The translations under genes were made by a program, and so were the position numbers. DNA of 64,000 nt. Source: Nitrososphaeria archaeon (GTDB lineage: Archaea; Thermoproteota; Nitrososphaeria; JACIWG01). The stretch spans positions 24,772-88,771 of the forward strand of contig JBEKIG010000009.1 of assembly GCA_050011875.1 (NCBI GenBank). The letters run 5' to 3'. A model generated the notes under the pieces. It ran no database searches, was not told where the DNA came from, and saw nothing but the letters and a program-made list of their open reading frames with translations. Below are positions 18,940-29,888 of the stretch, piece after piece; the stretch's first letter is position 1; every line of letters begins with the position of its first letter.

Positions 18940-20283
18940 TTATTCACTTCCCTCGACGATTAACCTTGAACAATATTCTCCTGCAATATTTTCTTTCATA
19001 ACTTTTACCACGTCTCCGGCTCCAAAATTGCCAAGGCACCAGGACAGCTTGATAAAGGCGGTCTCGGGTAACATATCTTCAAGAGGGATGACTCCTGCTT
19101 CAAGCAGATCACGTCCCGTATCGTAGACGGTTAACCTAACACGACCGTATATGCACTGAGAAACCATGCATGCAATTAAACCATCCCTTATCAGCTTCTT
19201 CAAAGTCTTTACTGTGGGGCTGTTGACGTGGCCTAGACCTGATCCTTCGATGACGACCCCCCTATACCCGTTATCGTAAAGGCTTTCCAATATTATAGGA
19301 TCAAAGTTCGGATAGAACTTGACAAGTGAAACCTTTCCATCAAATTTTGTGATGGTCTCGAATTCTGAGGGAGGCTTCCTCTTGGGTAGGTCATTTCTTA
19401 AAATGTTCAACCTGCCATTTTCATAGATTGCAATAGGATCTGTGTTAACGGATTTGAATGCATCTCTCCTGCTTGTGTGCAACTTTCTGACCTTTGTCCC
19501 CAGATGTATCGCTATCTTGTCATCAGAAATCCACTTATGCATTGAGACGTACACGCCCGCAAATGGGGCTTTCAAAGACGTATTCATGGCGGCGATAAGG
19601 TTTGTTGCAGCATCAGAGGAAGGCCTGTCGGATGACCTCTGCGATCCAACTATCATGATCGGTATGGGAGTTTTGGAGAGGGCAAAACTTAGGGCCGCCG
19701 CAGTATATGCCAGAGTATCTGTTCCATGTGTAACGACAATCCCTTCGTATCCCTTCTTGATATAGTCGTGAATGTTTTCAGAAAGTGTACTCCAGTGTAG
19801 TGGAGTCATGTTTTCGCTATATATGCTGGACAATACTTTAGCGTCTATTTGAGCTACCCCAGCCAGTTCAGGAACAACTGAGAGAAGATCGGAAGCGGAG
19901 AGAGCAGGTCTAACACCTCCCGTCCTATAGTCGACTCTGCTCGCTATTGTGCCACCGGTGCTTATTATTACAGCATATGGTAAATTTTTTGATGAAACAA
20001 TTTCCTGTTGTGGCACAAAACCAGGAGGGGAGTGTTCCTCAATCAAAAGAATCGATTTTATTGCACTAGATTTTAAGCCTATATTATACCCGTTAGGAAG
20101 CTTTAAGGTTAAAAAACCCTTTGACGCATATTCATATCTGGGAATTATAGTACCTTTATATTCACCTTCAGAAATGATAACCCTCACAAGGTCCCCTGCA
20201 CCAATTTTGTTTTCTTCCAACAATTTTTTCAGAGTGCCGCTATATCCCGAGAGGTCCTTCAAGATTCTCGTAACTGCTAACAA
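18940..20283 (-). CDS. gatD: Glu-tRNA(Gln) amidotransferase subunit D
   Basis: LKLPNGYNIG, STGGTIASRVDYRTG, HGTDT, GSQRSSDRPSSD. Confidence 0.98.
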   Translation of the reverse strand: MLAVTRILKDLSGYSGTLKKLLEENKIGAGDLVRVIISEGEYKGTIIPRYEYASKGFLTLKLPNGYNIGLKSSAIKSILLIEEHSPPGFVPQQEIVSSKNLPYAVIISTGGTIASRVDYRTGGVRPALSASDLLSVVPELAGVAQIDAKVLSSIYSENMTPLHWSTLSENIHDYIKKGYEGIVVTHGTDTLAYTAAALSFALSKTPIPIMIVGSQRSSDRPSSDAATNLIAAMNTSLKAPFAGVYVSMHKWISDDKIAIHLGTKVRKLHTSRRDAFKSVNTDPIAIYENGRLNILRNDLPKRKPPSEFETITKFDGKVSLVKFYPNFDPIILESLYDNGYRGVVIEGSGLGHVNSPTVKTLKKLIRDGLIACMVSQCIYGRVRLTVYDTGRDLLEAGVIPLEDMLPETAFIKLSWCLGNFGAGDVVKVMKENIAGEYCSRLIVEGSE

Positions 20284-20360
20284 TCTGAGTTGATTTAACC
20301 TTTTTGCGAATCATAACCCATTTGTAACATTTAAATTACAATAGGGAGTAAGCTTTTAAT

Positions 20361-21104
20361 GTGATTTGGTTGGTAGAAGACTATGGAACTAAGACCTGGT
20401 CGGAAGTGGCGACAGTGTTGAACGATGGATTGAATACTGTAATAATCCCAATTGGCACAGTTGAGGCCCATGGCAAACATCTTCCGATAACGACAGATGC
20501 CATATTACCTCAAGAAATCTGTAAGAGGTTAAGTGACAAGGTAAAGGCACTTGTGGCGCCTCCAATATACTATGGTGTGACAACTTCTCTGAGTAATTAT
20601 CCGGGTTCGATACCCGTCAGCAGGCAGGCTTTTACATCTTATCTAACAGACATCTTTGTAGGTTTTGCTAAATCAGGTTTCTTAAACATAATAGTGGTCA
20701 ATGGACATGCAGGGAATGTTGAGAGCATTAGGGAGGCCGCTGAAAAGGCATATGATAGGGCTAGAATCCGAACTTTGGATATTGACTGGTATATCGCGTG
20801 TGACGATGTTGTGAAAAAACATTACGGTACCCTTTCAGGACATGGCACAATAGAAGAAACTGCCGCAATCTTAGCAGTGGACAAAAAACTTGTCAAAAAC
20901 GCCTTATACGACAAGAAACAAGCAATTAGACGGGTGGAAGGAACGTGGATGTACCCGATGGTTGGTTCCATGATAAAAAGGGATGAGCTTGACATACCTA
21001 ATTTTGACCTCGATAAAGGGAAAAAATTCTTTGCCGAGGTCTGTCAGACAATAGAAGGCATCATTGCCGACTATATGGCAAGGGCTTCAGAAAATCCACT
21101 TTAA
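20361..21104 (+). CDS. Creatininase family amidohydrolase
   Basis: PIGTVEAHGKHLP..TD, NGHAGN, GH...EET. Confidence 0.92.
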   Translation: MIWLVEDYGTKTWSEVATVLNDGLNTVIIPIGTVEAHGKHLPITTDAILPQEICKRLSDKVKALVAPPIYYGVTTSLSNYPGSIPVSRQAFTSYLTDIFVGFAKSGFLNIIVVNGHAGNVESIREAAEKAYDRARIRTLDIDWYIACDDVVKKHYGTLSGHGTIEETAAILAVDKKLVKNALYDKKQAIRRVEGTWMYPMVGSMIKRDELDIPNFDLDKGKKFFAEVCQTIEGIIADYMARASENPL

Positions 21105-21112
21105 AAGAGGAA

Positions 21113-22714
21113 CTAGCTCAGTTTCTTTCCCATGTAGGGTCCAGTCGGAGAGTAGCCCAATTTTTCATAGTATCTTCTTGTTCCTACAGCACTTGTTACG
21201 AGAATCTTTTCACTATCAAATTCATTTTTTGAAATGAACTCGGCTTCTTCGAGCAGCTTTCTTCCAAATCCCTTATGCTGCCATCCATCATTTGATTTGG
21301 AACCTATTGGGACAACTGAACCGTAAACGTGAAGTTCCCTGATTAAAGCCGCATCTTTAACCTCTACCCTATGAGCTGATATTGAAGGTTTCCTAAGCCT
21401 CAAAAAGCCCACGAGAATTGAACGATCATATGTTTCAAAAGATATAAAAACCTCTTTTCCATTCGATGCATTGTAGTAAATTTTGTGAATTTTAAGCTCT
21501 TCTTTCGTAAGCTTATCCTTTCGGGCTAGAAGACCAACTTCCCTGCATCTTATACACCTACACATCTTTCCACTTTCCTTAAGACGCTCTTGTGAGAGCT
21601 CCCTAAGATTTCCTTTCTTTACACCGGCTACTATAAGGTTAGCGGGGATATCTCTCTGAACCCGCATTATTCTTACCCAATAGGGGACAAGTGACATTAC
21701 TTCAGAAACAATATCAATTACCTTATCTTCTGGATAAGGAGTGTATTCACCCTTTAAATAGTACTGGTAAAGTTGAGAGTTTTCAACGACAAGCGTGGGA
21801 TATATCTTTACCATGTCTGGTCTGAAGTCTGGATCTTTAAACAGCTTCTTAAAGGACAATATATCTTCTTCAGGTGTAGAACCTGGAAGACCAGGCATCA
21901 TGTGAGCAACGATCTTTAGACCGGAGTCCTTCGCTATTCTAAATGCTTCTATAACATCTTGAACGCTGTGACCTCTTCCGACAATCTGATATATTCTGTC
22001 TGACGGATGCTGGACCCCTATTTCTACTCTTGTTACACCATATTTTAACATGCTATCCACATGCGTCTGTTTGCAGAAGTCAGGTCTCGTCTCCAAAGTC
22101 AGACCTACGTTTCTGATACACGCATTTTGGTTAAAGCGTAAGGATTCTTCTAAAGATTTTGAGACGAAACCATTTAAACCATCAAAGCATCCTTTTACAA
22201 AGTATCTCTGATATTTCTCAGGCTGATTTAGAAAAGTCCCGCCCATGACGATAAGTTCAGCCTTCTGAACTTCATGCCCAATCGCTTTTAGCTGTCTGAT
22301 TCTGCTTGCTACCTGCGAATAGGGATCGTAATTGTGTTCTCTTCCTCTTGCGGCTGTAGGCTCATAGCCGGTGTAACTTTGAGGGGAACCATACTGTACT
22401 CCTCCAGGGCAATAGAGACATGGTATCTTCTGAGGGCAAGGATACGGTCTTGACATTACAGCAATGACAACAACTCCTGAAGCGGAACGTATGGGTTTTA
22501 GCCTCAGTATTGAGCGTAGTAACTCCTGCTTTTTAGGTGGAACTATCGATAGAATGTCAGAATTTTTTGGAACAGTCTCCAATCCAAATTCCTTTGAAAC
22601 TTTTACTTTGAGTGAATATAAGACACGTTGATTTCTAGGAGGGTTCTCTGCCATCAAAACTGAAATCTTCTTGCACGCCTTTGAATAAGCCTCCTTACTT
22701 TTTTCCATTAACAT
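21113..22714 (-). CDS. elp3: tRNA uridine(34) acetyltransferase Elp3 (radical SAM + GNAT)
   Basis: CPQKIPCLYCPGG, QSYTGYEP, ETRPD, RVQRDIP, RELHVYG, QHKGFG. Confidence 0.97.
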   Translation of the reverse strand: MLMEKSKEAYSKACKKISVLMAENPPRNQRVLYSLKVKVSKEFGLETVPKNSDILSIVPPKKQELLRSILRLKPIRSASGVVVIAVMSRPYPCPQKIPCLYCPGGVQYGSPQSYTGYEPTAARGREHNYDPYSQVASRIRQLKAIGHEVQKAELIVMGGTFLNQPEKYQRYFVKGCFDGLNGFVSKSLEESLRFNQNACIRNVGLTLETRPDFCKQTHVDSMLKYGVTRVEIGVQHPSDRIYQIVGRGHSVQDVIEAFRIAKDSGLKIVAHMMPGLPGSTPEEDILSFKKLFKDPDFRPDMVKIYPTLVVENSQLYQYYLKGEYTPYPEDKVIDIVSEVMSLVPYWVRIMRVQRDIPANLIVAGVKKGNLRELSQERLKESGKMCRCIRCREVGLLARKDKLTKEELKIHKIYYNASNGKEVFISFETYDRSILVGFLRLRKPSISAHRVEVKDAALIRELHVYGSVVPIGSKSNDGWQHKGFGRKLLEEAEFISKNEFDSEKILVTSAVGTRRYYEKLGYSPTGPYMGKKLS

Positions 22715-22759
22715 CGTAACCTGGAGAATAAAACATAAAATTATGCGTAATTTAAGTTT

Positions 22760-22927
22760 TTATCTAAGAACCCAGTTCTGCCCACTCTTCCTCTTGAGGA
22801 CAAACCTTTTAACATAATTTCCTCTATTCCTTACTTTCGGAATCGGTGAAGGTTTATGCTCCTTTTTCTGAGGAGGCGTCTTGGATCTTACTTTTCCAGC
22901 TTTGGTTAAGCTTCCATGTGTTGGCAT
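22760..22927 (-). CDS. rps30e: 30S ribosomal protein S30e (55 aa, below ORF-track cutoff)
   Basis: Manual translation MPTHGSLTKAGKVRSKTPPQKKEHKPSPIPKVRNRGNYVKRFVLKRKSGQNWVLR; HGSL.KAGKVR..TP signature. Confidence 0.96.
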   Translation of the reverse strand: MPTHGSLTKAGKVRSKTPPQKKEHKPSPIPKVRNRGNYVKRFVLKRKSGQNWVLR

Positions 22928-23001
22928 AGCTAACGTCAGAACAATCTGCCATTGGCGTAAATAAGTGTTACCTTTTATTTAGTACAATAGACCTGCTTCT
23001 T

Positions 23002-23838
23002 CTAAAGAGAAAGCTTTTTTCCTGAAGCACTTCTAATATATTTTCCAAAATCGGATGATTTCATAAGATCATCTCCACCGAAAACCGGACCGTCTCTGCA
23101 GACGAGGAAACCTGAGCCATTTAGTGTGCACTGACCACATATGCCAATAGCACATTTCATATAACGTTCAAGGGAGAGTTGCATTCTGATACCGTTTTTA
23201 AGAGCGATATCGAACAGGTCGTAAAGCATTTTTTCAGGACCACACCCATAAATCTGGTCAAATAACGCTTCATTAACCAACTGACGTATCATCATGCTCG
23301 CAAAACACTTCTGACCTATTGTACCATCATCTGAAGTAGGAAAATACGAGAGTAAACCCTTCTTACCTAATTCCACAAATTCTTTGTGGAAGAAGTTCTC
23401 GGAACCCGTTCTTGCGCCCACTACGACTGTCGGAAACATCTTCTTCTGGAGCATCTTGTCGACAAGTAAGCGGATTCCAGCAACACCAATTCCTCCGGCT
23501 GCCATAAGTGGCTTTTTTCCAAGAATCTTGAATCCTTCACCATAGGGCCCTCTGACACCCAAACTCTGACCCTTAGATATGGAGCAGAGACGTTTGGTCG
23601 TATCGCCGACGGCTTTTACCGTTATACCGCATATTCCGTCATCAACATGGGAAATCGACATAGGGACTTCATCACAACCGACAAACCAGATCATCAAATA
23701 TTGTCCTGGAACTGCCTCAGATACAAATTCGTCTTCAAAGAAAAGTGTCGAACAGTTTTGGCTGTAACTGGTAACTTTTATAACCTTTCTTATTCTCAAT
23801 GCATTAGCTTGGGGATCGAATATTTTTTTAGAGGTCAT
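23002..23838 (-). CDS. pyrK: Dihydroorotate dehydrogenase electron transfer subunit
   Basis: PGQYLM, RGPYGEGF, AGGIG, CGPEKM, ERYMKCAIGICGQC, CRDGPVF; ATGA overlap with pyrD. Confidence 0.94.
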   Translation of the reverse strand: MTSKKIFDPQANALRIRKVIKVTSYSQNCSTLFFEDEFVSEAVPGQYLMIWFVGCDEVPMSISHVDDGICGITVKAVGDTTKRLCSISKGQSLGVRGPYGEGFKILGKKPLMAAGGIGVAGIRLLVDKMLQKKMFPTVVVGARTGSENFFHKEFVELGKKGLLSYFPTSDDGTIGQKCFASMMIRQLVNEALFDQIYGCGPEKMLYDLFDIALKNGIRMQLSLERYMKCAIGICGQCTLNGSGFLVCRDGPVFGGDDLMKSSDFGKYIRSASGKKLSL

Positions 23839-24746
23839 TTGTGTCCCCTGCCAACAATCTCGTCCAAGCATGAGAAATTTTTTTCAATCATGTACTTTCT
23901 AAGACCCGCTAATATTTCTTCGAACACTTCTAAACCCTTCCAAACTATAGCTGAGCCTATCTGCACAGCCGAAGCACCAGCGAGTAAATACTCAACCGCG
24001 TCCTTCCAAGACAGAATCCCCCCTACTCCAACTATTGGAACATCTATGCTCTCAAAAAGATCGTAAACCATTTTTATAGAAACTGGTTTTATTGCTGGAC
24101 CAGAAAGTCCGCCGGATTTATTCGCTAAAATAGGTTTCATAGCATCAATATCGATTGCCATAGCCTTCAATGTATTGATAGCGACAATAGCGTCAGCTCC
24201 AGCCTTTACAGCTGAAAACGCTATAGAAGTGACATCGGAAACATTTGGTGTTATTTTGGCGAAAACAGGTACGTTTACAGAGTTCTTAACTTTGTTTACA
24301 ACTTTATAGACCATTTCAGGATCCTGTCCAATAAGGGACCCGACTTCTTTTACGTGAGGACATGAGAGGTTAATTTCGAATGCCGAAGGCTTAAGGGCTA
24401 GCAACTTTTTCGCAACTTTAGAGTATTCATCAGGGGATGAGCCAAATATACTGTAGATGACTGGAAAATTAAAGATTTGGCCTTCAAATTCTTTAACGAA
24501 TTCGTCGATACCAGGATTTGGTAAACCCATAGCGTTTATTAGGCCATAGGAATCAATAACGTAAACTGATGGATTAGAATATCCATCTCTTGCTTTAATA
24601 CCTACAGATTTTGTGACAGCCGCTCCCGCACCCGCGTTGGCGACTCTTCTAATTGTGGAGGAAGTCATGCCGAGTATACCTGAAGCAAGAATGAGAGGAT
24701 TGTCTATTACTAATCCCGCCACCTTTGTTTGAAAGTTAGGATGCAT
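23835..24746 (-). CDS. pyrD: Dihydroorotate dehydrogenase (class 1B catalytic subunit)
   Basis: NPLILASG, INAMGLPNPG, EINLSCPH, KITPN, AINT, GGLSGPAIKP, GVGGI. Confidence 0.96.
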   Translation of the reverse strand: MHPNFQTKVAGLVIDNPLILASGILGMTSSTIRRVANAGAGAAVTKSVGIKARDGYSNPSVYVIDSYGLINAMGLPNPGIDEFVKEFEGQIFNFPVIYSIFGSSPDEYSKVAKKLLALKPSAFEINLSCPHVKEVGSLIGQDPEMVYKVVNKVKNSVNVPVFAKITPNVSDVTSIAFSAVKAGADAIVAINTLKAMAIDIDAMKPILANKSGGLSGPAIKPVSIKMVYDLFESIDVPIVGVGGILSWKDAVEYLLAGASAVQIGSAIVWKGLEVFEEILAGLRKYMIEKNFSCLDEIVGRGHK

Positions 24747-24854
24747 ATCTGTTATGTTAGCCCGAGAACATGTAAGCAAAAAAGGTTTTGTTTTCTTTTT
24801 ACATCTATAATTTATAAATAGGCCCATGAGTGCTAGTGTTAAAGAGTTGGGAGC

Positions 24855-26039
24855 TTGATAATAGTCTTCGCACACGAAGCAGGTATAAGCGTACTAGATG
24901 AGAAGCTTAAGGTAATAGGTACAGTAGGTTACTCTAAGAACCCTGCTGTAGAATATAAAGGGTTTCTAGAGGGAGAGGAGTACGATTTAATTAAAGCAAC
25001 TCTCGAAAAGGTCAAAGCTTTACCAAGCGAGCTAGTTCTAGTGCAGACACAGCAGCTCAGAAGGGTCTTCTTAGAAGAGCTTCCAAAAGTCGATCTTATA
25101 CAAGACGATAAAGTTTCAAAAATCGTATCCGATAAGATGAGGATAATATTAGAATCTGGGTTTGCTGAAAATGAGCAGAAGGCATATGAAGCATTAAGAG
25201 AGTTTAGCTTGAGACAGTCAGAAGCGAAGATCACTGAAGAATCAACTCGATTGGACCTGCAGGCGATGGAAGCTGTGTTAGCCCTAGATGAGCTCGATAA
25301 AATGATTAACATCATAGGAACAAGGGTAAAGGAATGGTACCAAATACACTTCCCAGAAATACTGCAGTTCTATGAAGAGCCAGTTGAATTATGTAAGTTT
25401 GTTTCTGATGTAGGAGACCGAAGGAACCTTGACGAAGATAAAGCTGCAACACTCAAGTTTTCAGAGAACAAGAAAAGAGCCTTACTTAGTGCTGCCCAAA
25501 AGTCAAGAGGCGGAACATTCAGAGAAGAGGACATAGAAAGAATTGTTGTGCTCGCGAATCTTGTCAAAGACACGAATGAAGTTAAAAAGAGAATGTCAAA
25601 CTTTATCGAGGGCGTTATGAAAAAAATAGCTCCAAATGTTACAGCGATTTGTGGAGCAACAATTGGAGCAAGGCTTATCTCGAAAGCTGGAGGCTTGGAG
25701 AAGCTAGCAATGCTACCGTCGAGCACAATCCAGATCTTGGGGGCGGAAAAGGCAATCTTTAGGGCAATAAAAACTGGTGCTAAACCACCAAAACATGGAG
25801 TAATCTTTCAGCATGCGTTGGTACATGAGTCTCCTAAATGGCAGAGGGGTAGAATCGCTAGGGCATTAGCTTCAAAGATTGCTATAGCTGCTAGAATCGA
25901 CTTCTTTAGAAAGGAGCTTGACCCTTCTGTGGAGGAGGATCTCATGGTCAGGATTAAAGAAATAAGGAGCTCTAAGGAAAAAGTGAGAATGGAAGAAAAG
26001 TCAAAGAAGGCTTCCAAATTCAGGGGGAGGAAAAGGTAA
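24855..26039 (+). CDS. nop5: Box C/D sRNP protein Nop5 (Nop56/58)
   Basis: EWY..HFPE, APN, PSSTIQILGAEKA, PPKHGVIF, RGRIARALA; directly upstream of fibrillarin. Confidence 0.96.
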   Translation: MIIVFAHEAGISVLDEKLKVIGTVGYSKNPAVEYKGFLEGEEYDLIKATLEKVKALPSELVLVQTQQLRRVFLEELPKVDLIQDDKVSKIVSDKMRIILESGFAENEQKAYEALREFSLRQSEAKITEESTRLDLQAMEAVLALDELDKMINIIGTRVKEWYQIHFPEILQFYEEPVELCKFVSDVGDRRNLDEDKAATLKFSENKKRALLSAAQKSRGGTFREEDIERIVVLANLVKDTNEVKKRMSNFIEGVMKKIAPNVTAICGATIGARLISKAGGLEKLAMLPSSTIQILGAEKAIFRAIKTGAKPPKHGVIFQHALVHESPKWQRGRIARALASKIAIAARIDFFRKELDPSVEEDLMVRIKEIRSSKEKVRMEEKSKKASKFRGRKR

Positions 26040-26042
26040 GAC

Positions 26043-26732
26043 TTGGTGAGGGTTGACACAGATGAACGTTCAGATAGTGTATTCTGGATAATAGATGGGA
26101 ACGAAAAAAGAATTGCAACAATAAATCTTACACCGGGGAAAACTTTTTATGGAGAGAAGACATTATACATAAATAAAAACGAATATCGATATTGGGATCC
26201 TTTCAGAAGCAAGCTTGCGGCAGCCCTAATCAATGGATTAAAACATTTTCCGTTCCCGAAAAATTTAAAAGTTCTGTACCTTGGCGCATCGACAGGTACA
26301 ACCGTTAGCCATATATCAGATATCATAGGAGAAAAGGGAATAATCTTTGCAGTGGAATTTGCTCCTCGAGTTGCAAACGAATTCATTGACAGATGCGCAA
26401 AATTTAGAAGAAATCTTATAACTATTGTAGAAGACGCTCGGAGACCTGAAAAATATTTTGGAATCTTCGGCAAGGTTGATGTTGTCTACTGTGACATAGC
26501 TCAACCAAATCAGACAGAGATCGCGATCCAGAATTGCAGGTTTTATCTTAAGGAAGGAGGTTACCTGTTTTTAGTCGTTAAATCAAGGAGCATAAACGCT
26601 ACAAAGGCGCCTTCAAGAATCTTTGAGGAAGAAGAAGATAAACTGAGGATAGCAGGATTTGATCTCCTTCAGACCATAACCTTATCTCCGTTTGACAAAG
26701 ATCACGCCCTCATTATAGCTAAGATGATCTGA
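26043..26732 (+). CDS. flpA: Fibrillarin-like rRNA/tRNA 2'-O-methyltransferase
   Basis: YGEK, WDPFRSKLAA, VLYLGASTGTTVSH.SD, DIAQPNQ. Confidence 0.97.
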   Translation: MVRVDTDERSDSVFWIIDGNEKRIATINLTPGKTFYGEKTLYINKNEYRYWDPFRSKLAAALINGLKHFPFPKNLKVLYLGASTGTTVSHISDIIGEKGIIFAVEFAPRVANEFIDRCAKFRRNLITIVEDARRPEKYFGIFGKVDVVYCDIAQPNQTEIAIQNCRFYLKEGGYLFLVVKSRSINATKAPSRIFEEEEDKLRIAGFDLLQTITLSPFDKDHALIIAKMI

Positions 26733-26769
26733 CACTGAGATCAAAGTCTAGGTAAAAGGTTTCTGTCCT

Positions 26770-27429
26770 TCAATATTCGTCAAGAGTTTTTGAGCGAATC
26801 TTCCTAAGCGATTTCCAAGATTGTCTTACGAAGTCGGGTAAGTTTCCCTTGCTCTCTATCCAATTCCTAACAAATTCAACTGTTCTTAGGTCAGAAGGAT
26901 ATCCGCTGCCAAAGAATCCATGTTCCTTGGCTAATTCATCAATTCTCCTATCCCTTGTTACTTTAGCAATAATGCTGGCTGCAGATACGACAACATAATT
27001 TCTGTCCGCATGATGTTCCGATATAATCCTTGGCTTCACGCTCGATAATGAAAGTATATCTGAAGCATATCTCGCAGGTTTAACATCTGGACAGTCTACA
27101 TACACCACCCTCACATCTAGGGCTTCAATAATCTTCGCCATCATTATTACCTCAAGGTAATTCAGCTTATGTAACTTTTTTCCGAACTTAACGTACTCAT
27201 CTATCTCTTTAGGAGAAACCTCTGTCACGGTAACCATTTCAGCGTTCTCTGCAATTATATCATAAAGTCTTTTCCTAGTCTTGGGAAGGAGCAGCTTAGA
27301 GTCCTTAACTTTAGATCCCTGCAGAAACATTAATTTTGATGATCTAATGGAGACACCCGCGACAACCATTGGTCCTATAAGAGAACCTCTGCCGGCTTCG
27401 TCTACTCCTCCCACTATTTCTTCTGACAA
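26770..27429 (-). CDS. rnhB: Ribonuclease HII
   Basis: GVDEAGRG, KDSK, VSAASIIAKV.RD, GSGYPSD. Confidence 0.97.
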   Translation of the reverse strand: MSEEIVGGVDEAGRGSLIGPMVVAGVSIRSSKLMFLQGSKVKDSKLLLPKTRKRLYDIIAENAEMVTVTEVSPKEIDEYVKFGKKLHKLNYLEVIMMAKIIEALDVRVVYVDCPDVKPARYASDILSLSSVKPRIISEHHADRNYVVVSAASIIAKVTRDRRIDELAKEHGFFGSGYPSDLRTVEFVRNWIESKGNLPDFVRQSWKSLRKIRSKTLDEY

Positions 27430-27441
27430 TAAGATTTCACC

Positions 27442-27990
27442 TCATTTTATAAAGGGCATTATTTCCTCGACTATAGTTTTATGAAGTAACTCCCTATTCT
27501 CAAAAGTTATCTCATAGACCTTTATGTCATCTGAACCCGTTATCCTATCAATTATGGGATCCTTCAACCTTTTGTGAACTGATCCAATAACAGGCTTGTC
27601 GGAATCTAAAAGGGCTACTATAGCCCTTCTGACATCTGGAGAAATAAGTTCCATGGGACCGACCTCATCGCATACTATTATGTCGGAATAATCTATTGAG
27701 TATAAGATAGACGCAGCAAAGATATTCTTAAGATCGTTAAGGTTCACTCTATATTTTCCAACTTTCGGGCCAGTTTTTACTTTAACCGAGGAAAGAGTGC
27801 CTATTACACCATCTGAAAGACTCACGATCTGAAATCCTATTCTTACACCTTTTTCCCTCATGTCGCGAGTAAGAACACCACCGATGCTGAGACCTCTCGA
27901 CTTTAATTCATAAACGATCTTTCCAATCAGAGTCGTCTTCCCAATTCCAGGTTCCCCTGTAACAAAAATCTTCTTCACCAAGTCTAACAC
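27442..27990 (-). CDS. Nucleoside-triphosphatase (THEP1/COG1618 type)
   Basis: TGEPGIGKTT, G.RIGF, VGKYRV, DEVGPME. Confidence 0.93.
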   Translation of the reverse strand: MLDLVKKIFVTGEPGIGKTTLIGKIVYELKSRGLSIGGVLTRDMREKGVRIGFQIVSLSDGVIGTLSSVKVKTGPKVGKYRVNLNDLKNIFAASILYSIDYSDIIVCDEVGPMELISPDVRRAIVALLDSDKPVIGSVHKRLKDPIIDRITGSDDIKVYEITFENRELLHKTIVEEIMPFIK

Positions 27991-28043
27991 TTAGGGTAAT
28001 AGGACAATATGTTTATGTAGTTTTATAATTCACTTTCTTTGCA

Positions 28044-28718
28044 ATGAAAAAAAGCGACGGCGAACGTAAGAAAAGAGTTCTGAAGATAATAATAGAGAAG
28101 GTTAATGGAGGATGGAAGGGGTGGTCTTCAAACCCTCTCGAAACCCTTGTTGGCACAATAATTTCTCAGAACACAAATGACAGGAACACGGAGAGGGCGA
28201 TGGAGCTTCTAAGAAAAGAGATCGGCATTAATTTAGATGCCATCCTCTCAGCTCCTAAAGAGAAAATTATGGAATGTTTAAAACCTGCTGGATTATATAA
28301 TACCAAAGCCCCGAGAATAATAGAGTTAGCTAAGATTCTAAAAGAAAAAATCGGTGATCCAAAAAAACTTGAAGAGATGAGCTCAGAAGACGTTCGTCAA
28401 TTTCTCTCAAAAATCAAGGGAATAGGACCTAAGACTGTGGACGTGTTCCTAGCGTTTTCGAGAAAAGAAGATGTAATACCAGTTGACACCCATATTAAAA
28501 GGGTTGCTAAAAGACTTGGCTTTGCAGCAGAAAAAGACAACTACTTCAAGATAAGGGAAAATCTCGAAAAATTTGTTCCTAAAGGAGAGAGGGTTAAAGC
28601 CCACTTTGCACTTATAACCTTCGGAAGAGAAATCTGCAATGCAAGACAACCTAAATGCTCAACATGCCCTGTCATGCAATATTGTCCTTCCAAGAAAATC
28701 TTTTATCCAGATATCTAA
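28044..28718 (+). CDS. nth: Endonuclease III (HhH-GPD, 4Fe-4S)
   Basis: IISQNTND, GIGPKT, VDTHIKR, C-x6-C-x2-C-x5-C. Confidence 0.94.
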   Translation: MKKSDGERKKRVLKIIIEKVNGGWKGWSSNPLETLVGTIISQNTNDRNTERAMELLRKEIGINLDAILSAPKEKIMECLKPAGLYNTKAPRIIELAKILKEKIGDPKKLEEMSSEDVRQFLSKIKGIGPKTVDVFLAFSRKEDVIPVDTHIKRVAKRLGFAAEKDNYFKIRENLEKFVPKGERVKAHFALITFGREICNARQPKCSTCPVMQYCPSKKIFYPDI

Positions 28719-28730
28719 GGCTGATGTGTA

Positions 28731-29888
28731 TTGCAAGAAGAATTGACAAAATACATTGAAGGAAAAACTGAACTCTTTGTTCCAAGGGGAAGCTTGGTAT
28801 TGAATGTTCCTCCTAAAGAACCAGCCTTCTTTAATCCAAGAGGGGTTGAAAGCAGAGATATTTCTATAATAGCTTATGAAACCTTTTTACAGCTAGCACA
28901 AAAGCCGATAATTTTCACAGATGTTCTGTGTGGAATTGGAGCAAGAGGGGTAAGAGTAGCAAAAGAAACAGGAGTCTCCAAGGTTTACCTGAATGACATG
29001 AACCCAAGTGCAATAGACTTAGTCAGGAAAAATATAGAAAATAATGGCGTAATAGAAAAATGTATAGTATCAAATGATGATGCAAATCACTTCTTCACAA
29101 CAAACAGAAAAGAAGGAAACCTCTTTGACATCATAGACATTGACCCTTTCGGTACACCCTCGCCATATCTAGAAGATGCCACCAAGACAATAAGGAAAGA
29201 GGGACTCATATCGATGACAGCAACAGACACAGCAGTACTATGTGGCTTGCATCCGCATGTCGCACTAAGAAAATATTATGGATTATCAGTCCATACAGAG
29301 TACTGTCATGAAGTAGGACTCAGACTCCTTTTTGGAGCATTGGCATTTTCTGCAGCAAGATATGACAAAGGGATAAAACCACTATTCTGCCATTCTACAA
29401 GACATTACCTTAGAGTATATGCTCAAGTTACATACGGTGCAGAAGAAGGAGACAGCTCATTAGAGAAGATGGGATACATTAACCACTGCACAAAATGTAA
29501 CGAAAGAAGCATCAGCAAAATCCCCCTTGAAAAATGCCCAGAATGCGGGTCAAACATAATTTATGGCGGACCACTCTGGACAGGAAAGATATTTGATGGG
29601 AACTTCATAGAAGAAATGATAAAGACCGTCAAGAACTCGAATACGAGAAAGTATTCAAAGATGATGACCACAGCAGTCGAAGAGACCGAAGGACCACCCA
29701 TGTACTTTCTCATAAGTATGATATGTGACAGACTCCAAGTTAACACTCCAGCAATAGAAAAGATAATCGAAAGATTAAGAAAAAAAGGATTCTATGCATC
29801 AAGAACCAGCATAAACAACAAGGCTGTTAAAACAAATGCCCCTTCTAAAACAGTTAACGAAATCCTTACAGAGTTATCTAAGATATGA
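28731..29888 (+). CDS. trm1: tRNA (guanine-26-N2)-dimethyltransferase
   Basis: FFNP...RD, G.RGVR, DIDPFGTP, TATDTA.LCG, EVGLR, GPLWTG. Confidence 0.96.
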   Translation: MQEELTKYIEGKTELFVPRGSLVLNVPPKEPAFFNPRGVESRDISIIAYETFLQLAQKPIIFTDVLCGIGARGVRVAKETGVSKVYLNDMNPSAIDLVRKNIENNGVIEKCIVSNDDANHFFTTNRKEGNLFDIIDIDPFGTPSPYLEDATKTIRKEGLISMTATDTAVLCGLHPHVALRKYYGLSVHTEYCHEVGLRLLFGALAFSAARYDKGIKPLFCHSTRHYLRVYAQVTYGAEEGDSSLEKMGYINHCTKCNERSISKIPLEKCPECGSNIIYGGPLWTGKIFDGNFIEEMIKTVKNSNTRKYSKMMTTAVEETEGPPMYFLISMICDRLQVNTPAIEKIIERLRKKGFYASRTSINNKAVKTNAPSKTVNEILTELSKI